Shown here: piece after piece, positions 1-12,000 of the stretch
Layout of the letters: each line of letters opens with the position of its first letter
Position numbering within the stretch: the stretch's first letter is position 1
From: Horticoccus luteus
GTDB taxonomy: Bacteria > Verrucomicrobiota > Verrucomicrobiia > Opitutales > Opitutaceae
Direction of reading: 5' to 3'
Length of the DNA: 32,000 nucleotides
Assembly (NCBI RefSeq): GCF_019464535.1
Contig: NZ_CP080507.1
Span: forward strand, 4,260,001 to 4,292,000
Translations under genes and position numbers: made by a program
Notes under the pieces: model-generated
Databases searched by the model: none
Told to the model about the DNA's origin: nothing
Seen by the model: the letters and a program-made list of their open reading frames with translations, nothing else

Positions 1-1
1 G

Positions 2-3000
2 AGCCGTCGCCGTCCAGTTCCCGCGCGTCAGGTTTCCGTTTCTGCGTTTCAAATCGAAGCGTTGGAAACGCGGCTTTTGTTATCGGCCACTCCCATGGCC
101 GCGCAAGTTGGAGCGCTGGAACCACTCGTGCAAGTCGTCGAAAACGTCGCGCACCGCCCGACCGCCATTGCGCACGCGGAGCAAGGCTCGGGTCTTTTTG
201 AAGGCATGGAGCTGGCCCCGGCCGCAGCGGAAAACGCGGCCACCGCCCCGGCGCATCAGGCGCATCGAGAAGTGACGCCAGCGGGTGGCGCGACGGAAGT
301 GAAAATCTCTGCAGCGCCCGCGCCCGTGTCCGTTGCTGAAAACGGGTCAGTCGCTGCGGCGGCAATTCCCGCGGCACCGACCGAGGTCGCTTCGGCTGCT
401 TCTCTTTTAGTTCTCACGCTCCACGCCAGCCAGGCGCCTCCGGTCGGCGCGGTTGCAGGTATCGCCACGGGCGATTCGCCTTTGGTGGCGGTGGTTGATC
501 AAAAACACGCGGCCGCTCCGGCTGCGGGCTCTGTTATCGAAGCAAACGCTTCGACGGGTGTGGTTGCGCTGAACGACCTGACACTCGGTGCGGATGATAC
601 GGTGCGCATCGGCATCACCGATGCCACGCACTACGGTCAGATTACGGTGAGCGGTGCAGCGACCTTGGGCGGCAAGCTCGATGTTCAGGTCGACGGTGCC
701 TACCAGCCGCACGCTGGTGACACGTTCGACATTGTTTCTTTTCCCGGCGTGAGCGGCAAGTTCGCCGACGCCTCCGGCCTCGCGGGCTTCGCGGACGGCT
801 CGCATTATTTTCAAGTGGTGCAAACTGCGACCGGCGTGAAGCTCGTCGTGCGCGAGATCGCCGGCGGCCAGATCGGCGCCTACCTCGCCGGCCAGGCCGA
901 TCAAGCGCTGCTCGGCAAGGTGCTCAACGGTTCCTATTTCGCGCCGACCAGCGTGACCGTGACGGGCCAGGTGCAGGTTTCCGATTTCGCCTACCTCTCC
1001 GGCACGTTCACGCTTTCCTACACTTCCTTCCTTTCCGTGACCGTGGACGGCGCAGCCAAACAGGTCGAAGCCGTGACGGTCGCGGCGGCGGGCGTCGATC
1101 TGTTCATCGGCACCGGCGGACCTTATTACGAAGCGGGCAACGTGACCAATCCCGGTGCGACCGGCCTTGCGTTGACCGGCGTGGATGTCGCCTTCGCCTG
1201 GTTCAAGCCGACCGACGAGGCTGACACCAGCCGCTACGTCGCCCTCAAGGCCAGCGCCACCGCCGCCACGTTTGTCGGCCTCCCGGACGTGCAGCTCAGC
1301 ATCACCGGTCTCGCGCTCTCTATTAATAGAGCATCTTCCGCGACCTCGACCGAGGAAGCCCCGGCGCCCGTCATCGATTTCAGCGCGCAAGCGGGCGGGG
1401 GCCTCTCAGTTGCCGTGGGCAGCCACACGATCTTGCTCGATTTCGCCAGCCGCGTCACCAGCGCGGCGATCACCGGCGGTGTGCTGCAGATCGCGGACTT
1501 CGTTTACATCAGCGGCGCGTTTGCTTTCACCAAGGGCGTTCAGACGACGGTCGACCTGACCGACGGCTCCACGAAGGCCGTCGATGTGGTCCAAATTGGC
1601 GGCGATCACATCCATCTCTTCGCGGGCGTCGGCGGGCCTTACTGGACCGATTCGAACAACGATGGCGTGATCGACGGCGATGACACACCGGCCGGCGACG
1701 CGGCCATCGGTCTCGCGCTCGGCGATGTTGCGTTTGCCGTCGCGGTTCTTCGTCCGACCGACGTCAACGACACCGCCCGCTACCTGGCGCTCAAGGTCAC
1801 CGCCGATTCCGCCGAACTCGTGGGCGTCGAAAGCATGGTGACGCTTTCAGCCAGCGGCATCTCGGTCGAGGCCAACCGCGCCACCGATCCCTCCAGCACC
1901 GATCCGATCGCGGCGGTGAACTTCTCTCTCTATAATAGTGGCGCCGGTTTCGACGTCAGCACGGGAAGCGGAGACATCGCCCTCACCTATGACCACGCCC
2001 TGCTGCGCGTCAGCGTGGCGGACGCGCTTTTCAGCCTTTCCAGTTTCGTCTACCTGCGGGGCGGTTTCGCGTTCGAACGCGGCCAGCCCGTGGTCCAGGA
2101 TAACGGCGACGGCACCTCCACTGATCTGGACGTGCTCACCGTCGGCGCGAGCAACGCCTACCTCTTTGCCGGCCTCGGTGGACCCTACTGGGTCGATTCC
2201 AACAACAATGGCGTGGTCGACGGCACCGACACTCCGGCCGCTGGCCCGGCGCTCGGCTTGGCCGTGGGCGGCGTAAATCTTGCCCTCGCGTTTCTGGAAG
2301 AGTCGGGCGTCGCCCAGCCGATCAAGTATTTTGCCGCCAAGGCCACCGTAGCCAGCGCGGCGCTCGTGGGCCTCGAGTCTGTGCTCACCGTCAGCGCGCA
2401 CAACATCACGCTCGAAATCAACCGCGCCACCGATCCAGCCGGCGAAGTTGAGGCCGGCGATTTCACGAGCCTGGCGGGCGGAGGCCTCATGGTCGAGACC
2501 GGCGGGACGCCGATCCTGATCGATTTCGATCACGCCTTGCTGCGGGTCAGCGTGGCCGACGCTTCGATCCAACTCTCCAGCTTTGTCTATCTGCGCGGCG
2601 GCATCGCCTTCGAACGCGGGGTCCCGCTCGTCGAAGATAATGGCGACGGCACTACGACGGCCCTCGATGTGGTCACCGTCGGCGGTTCCAACCTCTACCT
2701 CTTCGCCGGCTCGGGCGGCCCTTACTGGACAGACTCCAATAACGATGGCGTCGTGGACGGCACGGACACTCCGGTCGCCACCGGTGCGTTGGGCGTCGCG
2801 GTCGGCGGCGTGGATTTCGGCCTCGCGTTGTTGACCCAATCCGGCGTCGCCGATCCCGTGAAATACACCGCGCTCAAGCTCAACGCGGCATCCGCGTCAC
2901 TGGTCGGCTTCGATTCGACCGTGCAGCTTTCGGCTCAAGGCATTACGGTCGAGGTCAACACCGCAGTCGATCCGGCGGGCGTCGTCACGGCGGCCGACTT

Positions 3001-6000
3001 CAGCGGACTTCCCGGCGGCGGGTTGAGCGTCTTGACGGGCAACGCGCCCGTCGTGATCGACTTCGACCACGCTCTCCTGCGCGTCAGCATCGCCGATGCT
3101 CTCCTTCAGGTTTCCCAATTTGTTTATGTCCGTGGCGGCTTCGCCCTCGAGCGCGGAGCGCCGGTTGTTGAAGACCTCGGCGGCGGTGCCGCGCGCGACC
3201 TCGATGTGCTCACGCTCGGCTCGTCCAACGCCTATGTGTTTGCCGGCCTCGGCGGCCCTTACTGGGTCGATTCCAATAACGACGGCGTGGTGGACAGCCT
3301 CGATACTCCAGCTGCGGATGGCGCGATCGGCTTCGCGCTGGGCGGTGTGACCGTTGGCATTGCGCTGCTCGATCAGACAGGCGTGGCGCAGCCGGTCAAA
3401 TACGTCGCCGTCAAGCTCACGGCCGCGAGCGCGACGCTCCTAGGCTTTACAGACTATCTCACGGTCGACGCCCGCAACATCTCCGTCGAGGTCAACACCG
3501 CTTACGATCCGGCGGGCGTGGTCTCGGCGGGCGACTTCAGCGCTCTCGATGGTGGCGGGCTTTCAGTGCCCACCGGCGGTGATGCCGTTCTCATCGACTT
3601 CGATCACGCGTTGACGCGCGTGAGTGTGGCCGACGCGACGATCCAACTTTCCGAATTCGTCTTCATTCGCGGCGGCTTCGCGTTCGAAAAAGGCGTGCCG
3701 GTCGTTGAAGACTTGGGCGGAGGCGAAACGCGCAATCTCGATGTGCTGACGATCGGCGCTGCCAATGTTCACGTGTTCGCCGGCATCGGCGGCCCGTATT
3801 GGATCGATAGCAACGATGACGGGAAGATCGACGCCAGCGATACACCAGCTTCCGCGGGCGCCATCGGCCTCGCCGCTGGCGGCGTGACTTTCGGCCTCGC
3901 GTTGCTCAAGCAAACGGGGGTCGCCCAACCGGTCGAATATCTCGCACTTAAAGCCACCGCTGCGTCGGCTGCCCTCGTGGGCGTTGAGTCGACGGTCAAA
4001 CTTCAGGCGAGCAACATCTCCGTCGAAATCAACCAAGCGACCGATCCGGCCGGCGTGGTTGTCGCAGGCGATTTCACTCACATGACCGGCGGCGGCCTTA
4101 CCGTTTTGACCGGCGGCGACGATGTGTTGATCGACTTCGATTCCGCTCTCCTCCGCGTGAGCATCGGCAACGGTGTGCTCCAAGTTTCTTCGTTCTTCTT
4201 CGTGAGCGGGAGCTTTGCGCTCCAGAAAAGCACCACGACCGTCACTCTCGCGAACGGCACCGAAGTTGCGACGTCGCTCCTCACGCTGGGCGCCTCAAAT
4301 CTGACCGCGTTCGTTGGCCTTAATGGCCCGGCCGCGTCCGATTCGGCGATGGGTCTTTCGCTCACGGGCCTCGACTTTGGCCTCGCGCTACTCGCGCCTG
4401 ACGCCGCCGAAGATGCGTTGACGGGCGTAAGTTGGACGGCACTCAAAGCGTCCGCAACGGGGTTTGCGGTCGTGGGCATCCCCGACGTGACGATCACGGG
4501 CGCGTCGCTGCATCTCTCTATTAATACCGTGTCGGGTCTCGCGGCGGGCGCCGATGCCAATCTAAACGTGATCGACTTCGCGAGCGCGCCGCTCCCGGTC
4601 GCAACCGGCACGGGCACAAGTCTCGATCTGGACTTCGCCGGTGCCGACGGCCGTTTGCTTGAAGCCGCGGGCAACCTGACTCTCACGGTCGGCGGCTTCT
4701 TCAACGTCAGCGGCAATCTCGCCCTGCGTAAGTCGCTCGCCACGGTCACGCTCGCCGACAGCACAAACGTGTTGACCGATATGCTCACCATCGGCGGCAG
4801 CGACCTCACGGCGTTCGCCGGCCTCAACGGTCCCGCCGCCGAGGCGCACGCGATCGGTTTCACGCTCGCCAACGCGAGCTTCGCGCTCGGCCTGTTCTCC
4901 TCCAAGCCGGATGAAGATGGCCATGTGTCGAAGTGGACCGCCCTGCGCGCAACCGCCGGCACGATCGGTTTTATCGGCGTGCCGAACTTGGAGATTTCCG
5001 CCACCGAACTGACTGTGGCCATCAACCACAGTGGCGATGGCGTGAGCCCGGTGATCGATTTTGCCGCTGCTCCGGTGACCATCGCCACCGGGCCAGACAG
5101 TAGCGAAACGCTGGATTTTGCCGGCGGCCTCGGTCAGTTGACCCAAGCCAAAGGCCACGTGGCGATCGACCTTTTTGGCTTCGTGCAACTGAGCGCCGAT
5201 CTGGCGTTCGAGCGCTCGAGCGGCACCGCCACGCTCGACGACGGCAGCACGGCGGACGTCGACCGCCTCTTGATCGGTGGGCACGACGTCAACGGCTTCG
5301 CCGGTCTCAACGGCGGCACGGATGCCGCACTGGGCTTTACGCTAAGCGGTTTGGACTTCGCGCTCGCGATTCAGACGGACACCGGTGGCACCCGGTCCTG
5401 GACGACGTTTGAAGCCGACGCCGCCCAAGTCGCGTTCGTGGGCGTCCCCGGCCTGACCATTTCGGCGGATACTCTTTCGGTCGCAATCAACCAAGCCGCC
5501 GTCGCCGACAACAGCTTGGTCAACTACGCGACCGATGGGCTCGAGGTGACGACGGGGGCTTCGACGTCACGCACGATCAATCTCGATGCCGCCAACGGTC
5601 CAACGCTACGCGCTTCCGGCCACTTGGACGTTAACCTCTTCGGCTTTGTCTATCTTTCCGGCAGCTTCGGCTTCGAGAAAACTACGACCGACCTTACTTT
5701 GGCCGACGGCCGCACGGTCACGGGCGCCGATGTGCTCGCGCTCGGCGCGTCTCACGTTGACGCGTTCCTTGGCGTCAACGGTCCCGGCACCAACCCGTAT
5801 GCGATGGGCTTGGCGCTGCATGATTTGAATTTCGGCTTGGGCCTCTTCAGCGCGGAGGTTTCCGGCGCGACGGTCAAGTGGACCTCGTTGCACGCGGACG
5901 CCGCCTCCTTCGGCACGGTCGGCTTGCCCGGCGTCACCATCGAAGGCACGACCTTGTCGGTTGACGTCAACCAAGTGTCCGGTGTGCCGGCAGGTCAGGA

Positions 6001-9000
6001 TGCGGCCGACTGGGTCATCGATTTCTCGTCCGCGGCTTACACGATTACGACCGGCCCCGGCACGACGCTTGATTTGACGATGGATGGCGCGAAGGGCGAA
6101 TTGCTGCGCGCCTCAGGCCATCTGACAATCGTTCTCGCGAACTTCTTCTCGGTCACGGGCGATTTCGCATTCGAGCAATCCCGCGGCACGGTGACGCTTG
6201 CCGACGGCCGCCTGGTCGACGCCAACCTCCTCACCATCGGCACCGCCAACGTCGACGCGTTTGCTGGCTTGAACGGTAACACCCCTGAAGCGCTCGGTCT
6301 TTCGCTCACCAACGGCTCCTTCGCTCTCGCTCTCGTCTCCGACCGCGCGAACCCCGCGTGGCGCTGGATCGCGCTCAAGGCCTCGGCGGATCAAGTGGCG
6401 TTCATCGGCGTCGATGGACTGACGCTCGAAGGCACCGGCATTCTCGTCGAGATCAACCGCAACACCGGTTACTCCAACAACACTGTGCTGCATCTCGATC
6501 TCGCGGGCACGGTCGGCACGGTCTCGTTCACGCTCGCCGGCGCGACTCAGGATCTCGTTTTGGGCGACACCGAAACCGACGCGCAACTTGCCGCCGCGTT
6601 GCAAGCGAAGCTCGAGGCGCTCTCCGGAGTCGGCGCCGGCAACGTCCAAGTTTCGGGTAATCGCGCGGACGGATTTACGATTGAATTCATCGGCGCTCTC
6701 GCCGGTCAGGATCTCACTGGACTGTCGGTCGCCACAGTTGCGCCGTCGCTGTCCAGTTCTGTCGCCCAAACCACGCCAAGCACTGCCGGCACGAACGAGG
6801 TTCAGTTCCTCGAGTTCGTCGCCTCGCCGAATGTCTACTCCACCATCCGCCTGCTCTTCGGTGCGGACACCACCGCCGCCTTCACTTACGATGCGGATCC
6901 CGCGACGCTCGCGGCCTCGATCCAGACCGCCCTTCGCGCCCTCGGCTCCGTCGGATCAGATGGCGTCGCCGTCGCCTACGATTCCGCCCATGACCGTTTC
7001 GTTCTGACCTTCGGCGGCAGCCTCGCCAACCAGGACCTGCCCCAAGTCACGGCGCGCTTCATTACCGCGGGCGTTCTTGTTAACACTGTTTACCGGGTGA
7101 CGCTTAACGCTCCGCAGGCGACACTGACCTTTAACTACAACGGCCATTCTGCTCAGGTCGCTTACGACGCAACGACCGCCGACGCCGACTTGATCACCGC
7201 GCTCACGACGTCGCTGGCGTCCTTGTCTGGCATCGGCGCCGGCAACGTCCAGGTCACGGGCACCCGCGCCAACGGTTTCGCCATCGAGTTCGTCGGCACC
7301 CTCGCGCGCACGCCGGTCACCGGCCTCACGGTGACGACCACGTCCGCGCCGACCGCGACCTTCGTCACCGAAACAGCCGCAGCAACGCCGGGTGCAGCAT
7401 CAGCCTACGCGGTGTTGATCGACAACACGTCCCTCTCGGGCAGCGGCACCTATCAGCTTGAAGTGGGCTTCTTCCACACCGGCTACATCCGCTTCGCCGG
7501 CAGCGACGTCACCAATAACGCACGCTATCTCCGCCAGGCCCTCGAAGCACTGCCCAACGTCGGCTATGGCAACGTCACGGTCTCCTTCGACCAAGCCTCC
7601 ACCATCACGCAGCAACGCTACGTCGTCACCTTCAAGAACAGCGCCGCCCAAGTCGCGCTGACCGACGTTTCCTACCTGACGAGCCTGCGCCGCGCGAGCG
7701 TGTCCCTGGCGACCATCGGCGCCGGCACCGCCACCACCAACGAAACGCAACGCGTCTCCATCACCTCGCCCAACGGCGGCGCGTTCACGCTCAGCCTTAC
7801 TTACAATGCCGTCACTTATACGACGAAGGCCTTGGCTGTCGGCGCCGCCGCGCTCGAGGTGCAGAACGCCCTCAATCAAGCGCTCTCCGTCGGCCTAGTA
7901 ACCGTGACCACTTCCGGCGCCGATTACGACATCACGTTCACCGGCGGGTTGGCGGGCAAGAACGTGAACAACCTCGTCGTTGCCCTCACGCCGGGAGGGA
8001 AAGACGCCACCCTCGCACTCACTCAGACCGGCGGATCTACGAAGCCCCAGGCCGGGGCGCTCGTCATCTACCACGGCACCGACACCAACGGCCGCGCGCC
8101 CACCGGCGAAACGCAAACCATCACGATCGACCAAGGCGCCCCGGGGACCTTCACCCTTTCTGTCACGCTTTCCGGCACCACTTACACGACCACCGCACTC
8201 GACCTCGCAGCCGATGCGGCGACGATCCAGACGGCCCTTCACGCCGCGCTCAACGGAGATCATGCCGACGCCGAGTTCGATGTCGCGCTCACCGCGGACC
8301 GCACGTTCACCGTTACCTTTGGCGGCAGCCTCCTCGGCGTCGACCTCGCGGGTGTCGTCGTCACTCTCAACGCCACCGCGCCCACCGCGGCACTGACGAC
8401 CGAACAAATCGGAAAAACCGCCGATTCCGGCGGCACCGTCATCGACTTCAAAGCGCAGCCGCTCGAGATCGCCACCGGCCCGACCACCTCCACGACCCTC
8501 GACTTCGATGGGGCGGACGGGGACTTGGTCCGCGCGCAAGGCTATCTGACCATCGACCTCTTCGGTTTCGTCTTTGTCACCGGCAACTTCGCCTTTGAAA
8601 CGAAAACGGTCACGCAGACGGTCGATGACGTCACGACGGCTTACGATCAAATGACCATCGGCGCGGCCGATGCTTACGTGTTCGCCGGCATCGGCGGGCC
8701 CTATTGGACCGACTCCAATCACGACGGAAAAGTCACGGCTGAAGATGCTCCCGACTCTGCAGGCGCCATCGGCCTCGCGGTCGGCGGCGTCGATGTTGGG
8801 CTCGCCATCCTGACTCCGCAAGTTGAGGGCAGCACCGTCCGCTACCTCGGGCTCAAGATTGCGGCCGCCTCCGCCGAATTGGTCGGATTGGAAAGCCTCC
8901 TCACGATTCAAGCCCATGACGTCACGGTCGAACTCAACCAGGCCACGGATGCGTCGACGACGGTCGCGCCGGCGGTGCTCGACTTCAGCGCTTTTGATGG

Positions 9001-12000
9001 CGGCGGTCTCTCCGTTCTCACCGGCGGAGATCCGGTGCTGCTCGATTTCGATCACGCGCTGCTCCGCGTGACGATTGGCGACGCACTGGTGCAGATTTCG
9101 AGCTTCGTCTATGTGCGCGGCTCGTTCGCTCTGGAAAAGGGCGTGCAGGTTTCGGTGGATAATGGCGACAGCACGACCACCGACCTCGACGTCCTGACGA
9201 TCGGCGCGTCCAACGTCCACGTTTTCGCCGGCCTCGGCGGGCCCTATTGGGTCGATTCAAACAACGACGGCGTCATCACCGCCGACGATACGCCCGCGAG
9301 CGACGGTGCGATCGGCATCGCTCTCGCCAATGTGACGGTCGGCATGGCTTTCCTGAAGGAAGTCTCGGGCGCGGCGGAACCGATCAAATACTTCGCGCTG
9401 AAAATTACGGCCGACTCCGCCGCCCTGGTCGGTCTCGAATCGTTGGTTCAGATCACGGCCCGCGGTATCACGATCGAGGTCAACCAGGCCACGGATCCGG
9501 ACAACGTCGTCACCGCGCTGGACTTCACCCCGCTCGAAGGCGGCGGCCTCTCCGTCTTGACCGGAGGCGACCCCGTGCTGCTCAATTTCGACCACGCGTT
9601 GCTGCGGGTGCAAATTGCGGACGCGCTCCTGCAAGTCTCCAGTTTCGTCTACGTCCGCGGCGCTTTTGCCTTGGAAAAGGGCGTGCCGGTCGCAGTCGAT
9701 AACGGCGACGGCACCACCACCGATCTCGACGTCCTCACAATTGGCGCCGCTCACGTCTACGTCTTCGCCGGACTTGGCGGACCTTACTGGGTCGACTCGA
9801 ATGACGACGGCGTCGTCAACGGCGACGATACGCCCGACAGCGCCGGCGCCGTAGGCGTAGCCCTCGCCAACGTGACAGTCGGCATGGCCTTCCTCACGGA
9901 GCAGAGTGGGGCGGTTCAGCCGATCAAATATTTCGCGCTGAAAATCACCGCCGACTCCGCGTCGTTGGTCGGTCTCGAGTCCCTGGTCCAGATCACGGCG
10001 CGCGGCATCACGATCGAGGTCAACCAAGCTACGGATCCCGACAATGTCGTCACCGCGCTCGACTTCACCCCGCTTGACGGCGGTGGTCTCTCAGTCCTGA
10101 CCGGCGGCGATCCGGTGCTGCTCGACTTTTCCGACAAGACCCTTCGCGTGGCCATTGCCGACGCGACCCTGAGCGTTTCCAGCTTCATCTTCATCCGCGG
10201 CGGCATCGCCTTCGAGCGCCAGGAAGCGGTGGATGTGACGCTCGCCGACGGCACGATGAAGAACGTCGATGTTCTCACCATCGGCGCGAGCAACCTCCAC
10301 GTTTTCGCCGGCGTCGGTGGCCCCTATTGGGTCGACTCTAACAATGATGGCGTGATCGACGCGTCCGATACGCCTGACGACACCAACGCGATTGGGGTCG
10401 CCTTTGGCGGCGTCGATCTCGGGCTCGCGATTCTCAAGCCCACCACGGCAACGGACACCACGAAATACCTCGCCCTCAAAATCACCGCGGCGAGCGGCAG
10501 TCTCGTTGGACTGCCCAATCTCCTCACGATTTCCGCCCGTGGCATCGAAATCGCCGTCAACCAAGTGCAGTCGACCGACGTCGATGCGCCGGTCGTGAAC
10601 TTCAGCAAATTCGCCGGCGGTGGGTTGAGCGTGTTGACGGGTAACGCACCCGTCGTGATCGATTACTCCGACTCCTTGCTGCGCGTCTCGATTGCCGACG
10701 CCACGATCGCCGTCTCCTCGTTTGTCTATCTCCGTGGCGGCATCGCGCTGGAAAAAGGTGCCGATACCGAAGTCACCCTCAGCGACGGCACGACCGTGAC
10801 GGCCTCGCTTCTCACCATCGGTGCTTCCAATCTTCACTTCTTCGCCGGACTCGGCGGACCTTACTGGGTCGATTCCAATAACAATGGCGTGCTCGATGCG
10901 AGCGACACGCCGGCCTCCGACGGCGCAATCGGGCTCGCGCTCGGCGGCGTCAACGTCGCCCTCGCCATGCTCGCCGCGGGCGCGACCAAGTATACCGCGC
11001 TCAAGATCACGGCGGACTCGGCGGCGCTCGTGGGCATGGATGGCGTGCTCACTTTGGAGGCCCACGGCATCAGCGTGGAAGTCAATCAAGTCGCTGGCGG
11101 CACCGTCACGACACCCGTCGTCGACTTCACCAAGCTGGAAGGTGGCGCGCTGAGCGTCGCCACCGGCAGCGGCACCACCGATATCGATTTCTCCCGCGCC
11201 TTGCTGCGCGTTTCGGTCGCCGACGCGATCTTCAGCATTTCCGAATTCATCTTCCTGCGCGGCGGCTTCGCGCTCGAGAAACACCAGCCCATCGTCGAAG
11301 ATAATGGCGACGGCTCGAGCACCGCGCTCGAAGTGCTCACCATCGGCCTTTCGCACGCCTACCTTTTTGCCGGCGTGGGCGGCCCGTATTGGACCGACAG
11401 CAACGACGACGGTGTTCTGAATGGCGACGACACGCCGGCGACAGGCGCAGTTGGCTTGGCGATCGGTGGCGTGGATGCCGGTATCGCGTTGCTGCAACAG
11501 GCCGAAGTCGCGACGCCGGTGAAATACTTCGCGCTCAAACTTCACGCTGATTCGGCGGCACTCGTCGGACTCGGTGACGCACTCCAAATCGAGGCGCACG
11601 ATATCACCATCGGGGTCAACCGGGCGACCGATCCTGCCGGGGTGATCACCGCCGCGGACTTCACCGGACTTGATGGCGGCGGCCTAAGCGTTGCGACCGG
11701 CGGCGACCCCGTGCTGATCGATTTCGCGCATGAGCTGCTGAGCGTCTCCGTCGCCGACGCGACGATCCAGATTTCCCAATTCGTCTTCGTGCGCGGTGGA
11801 TTTGCGTTGGAGAAGGGGAGCCCGATTGATGTCACGACCAGCGATGGTGCGACGAAGGAAGTCGACGTCGTCACGATCGGCATCAGCAACGCCTACGTCT
11901 TTGCAGGAGTCGGTGGACCTTACTGGGTCGATTCCAATGCCGACGGCGTCATTACCGCGGACGACACGCCCGCGAGCGCCGGCGCGATCGGCATCGCCAT

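Noticed and set aside
95-97. ATG at nt 95 as the start codon of the giant gene
   Set aside because: The frame is already open from nt 2. Upstream residues form an Arg cluster plus an LETRLLLSA leader-type motif. No Shine-Dalgarno-like purine run precedes the ATG (tatcggccactccc). The sequence after it (MAAQVGALEPLVQVVENV...) has no signal-peptide character. It cannot be fully excluded without upstream sequence.
10091-11599. 502-aa minus-strand ORF overlapping three Ca-loop repeat units
   Set aside because: The reasoning is the same as above. Its internal repetition merely mirrors the sense-strand 540-nt protein repeats.
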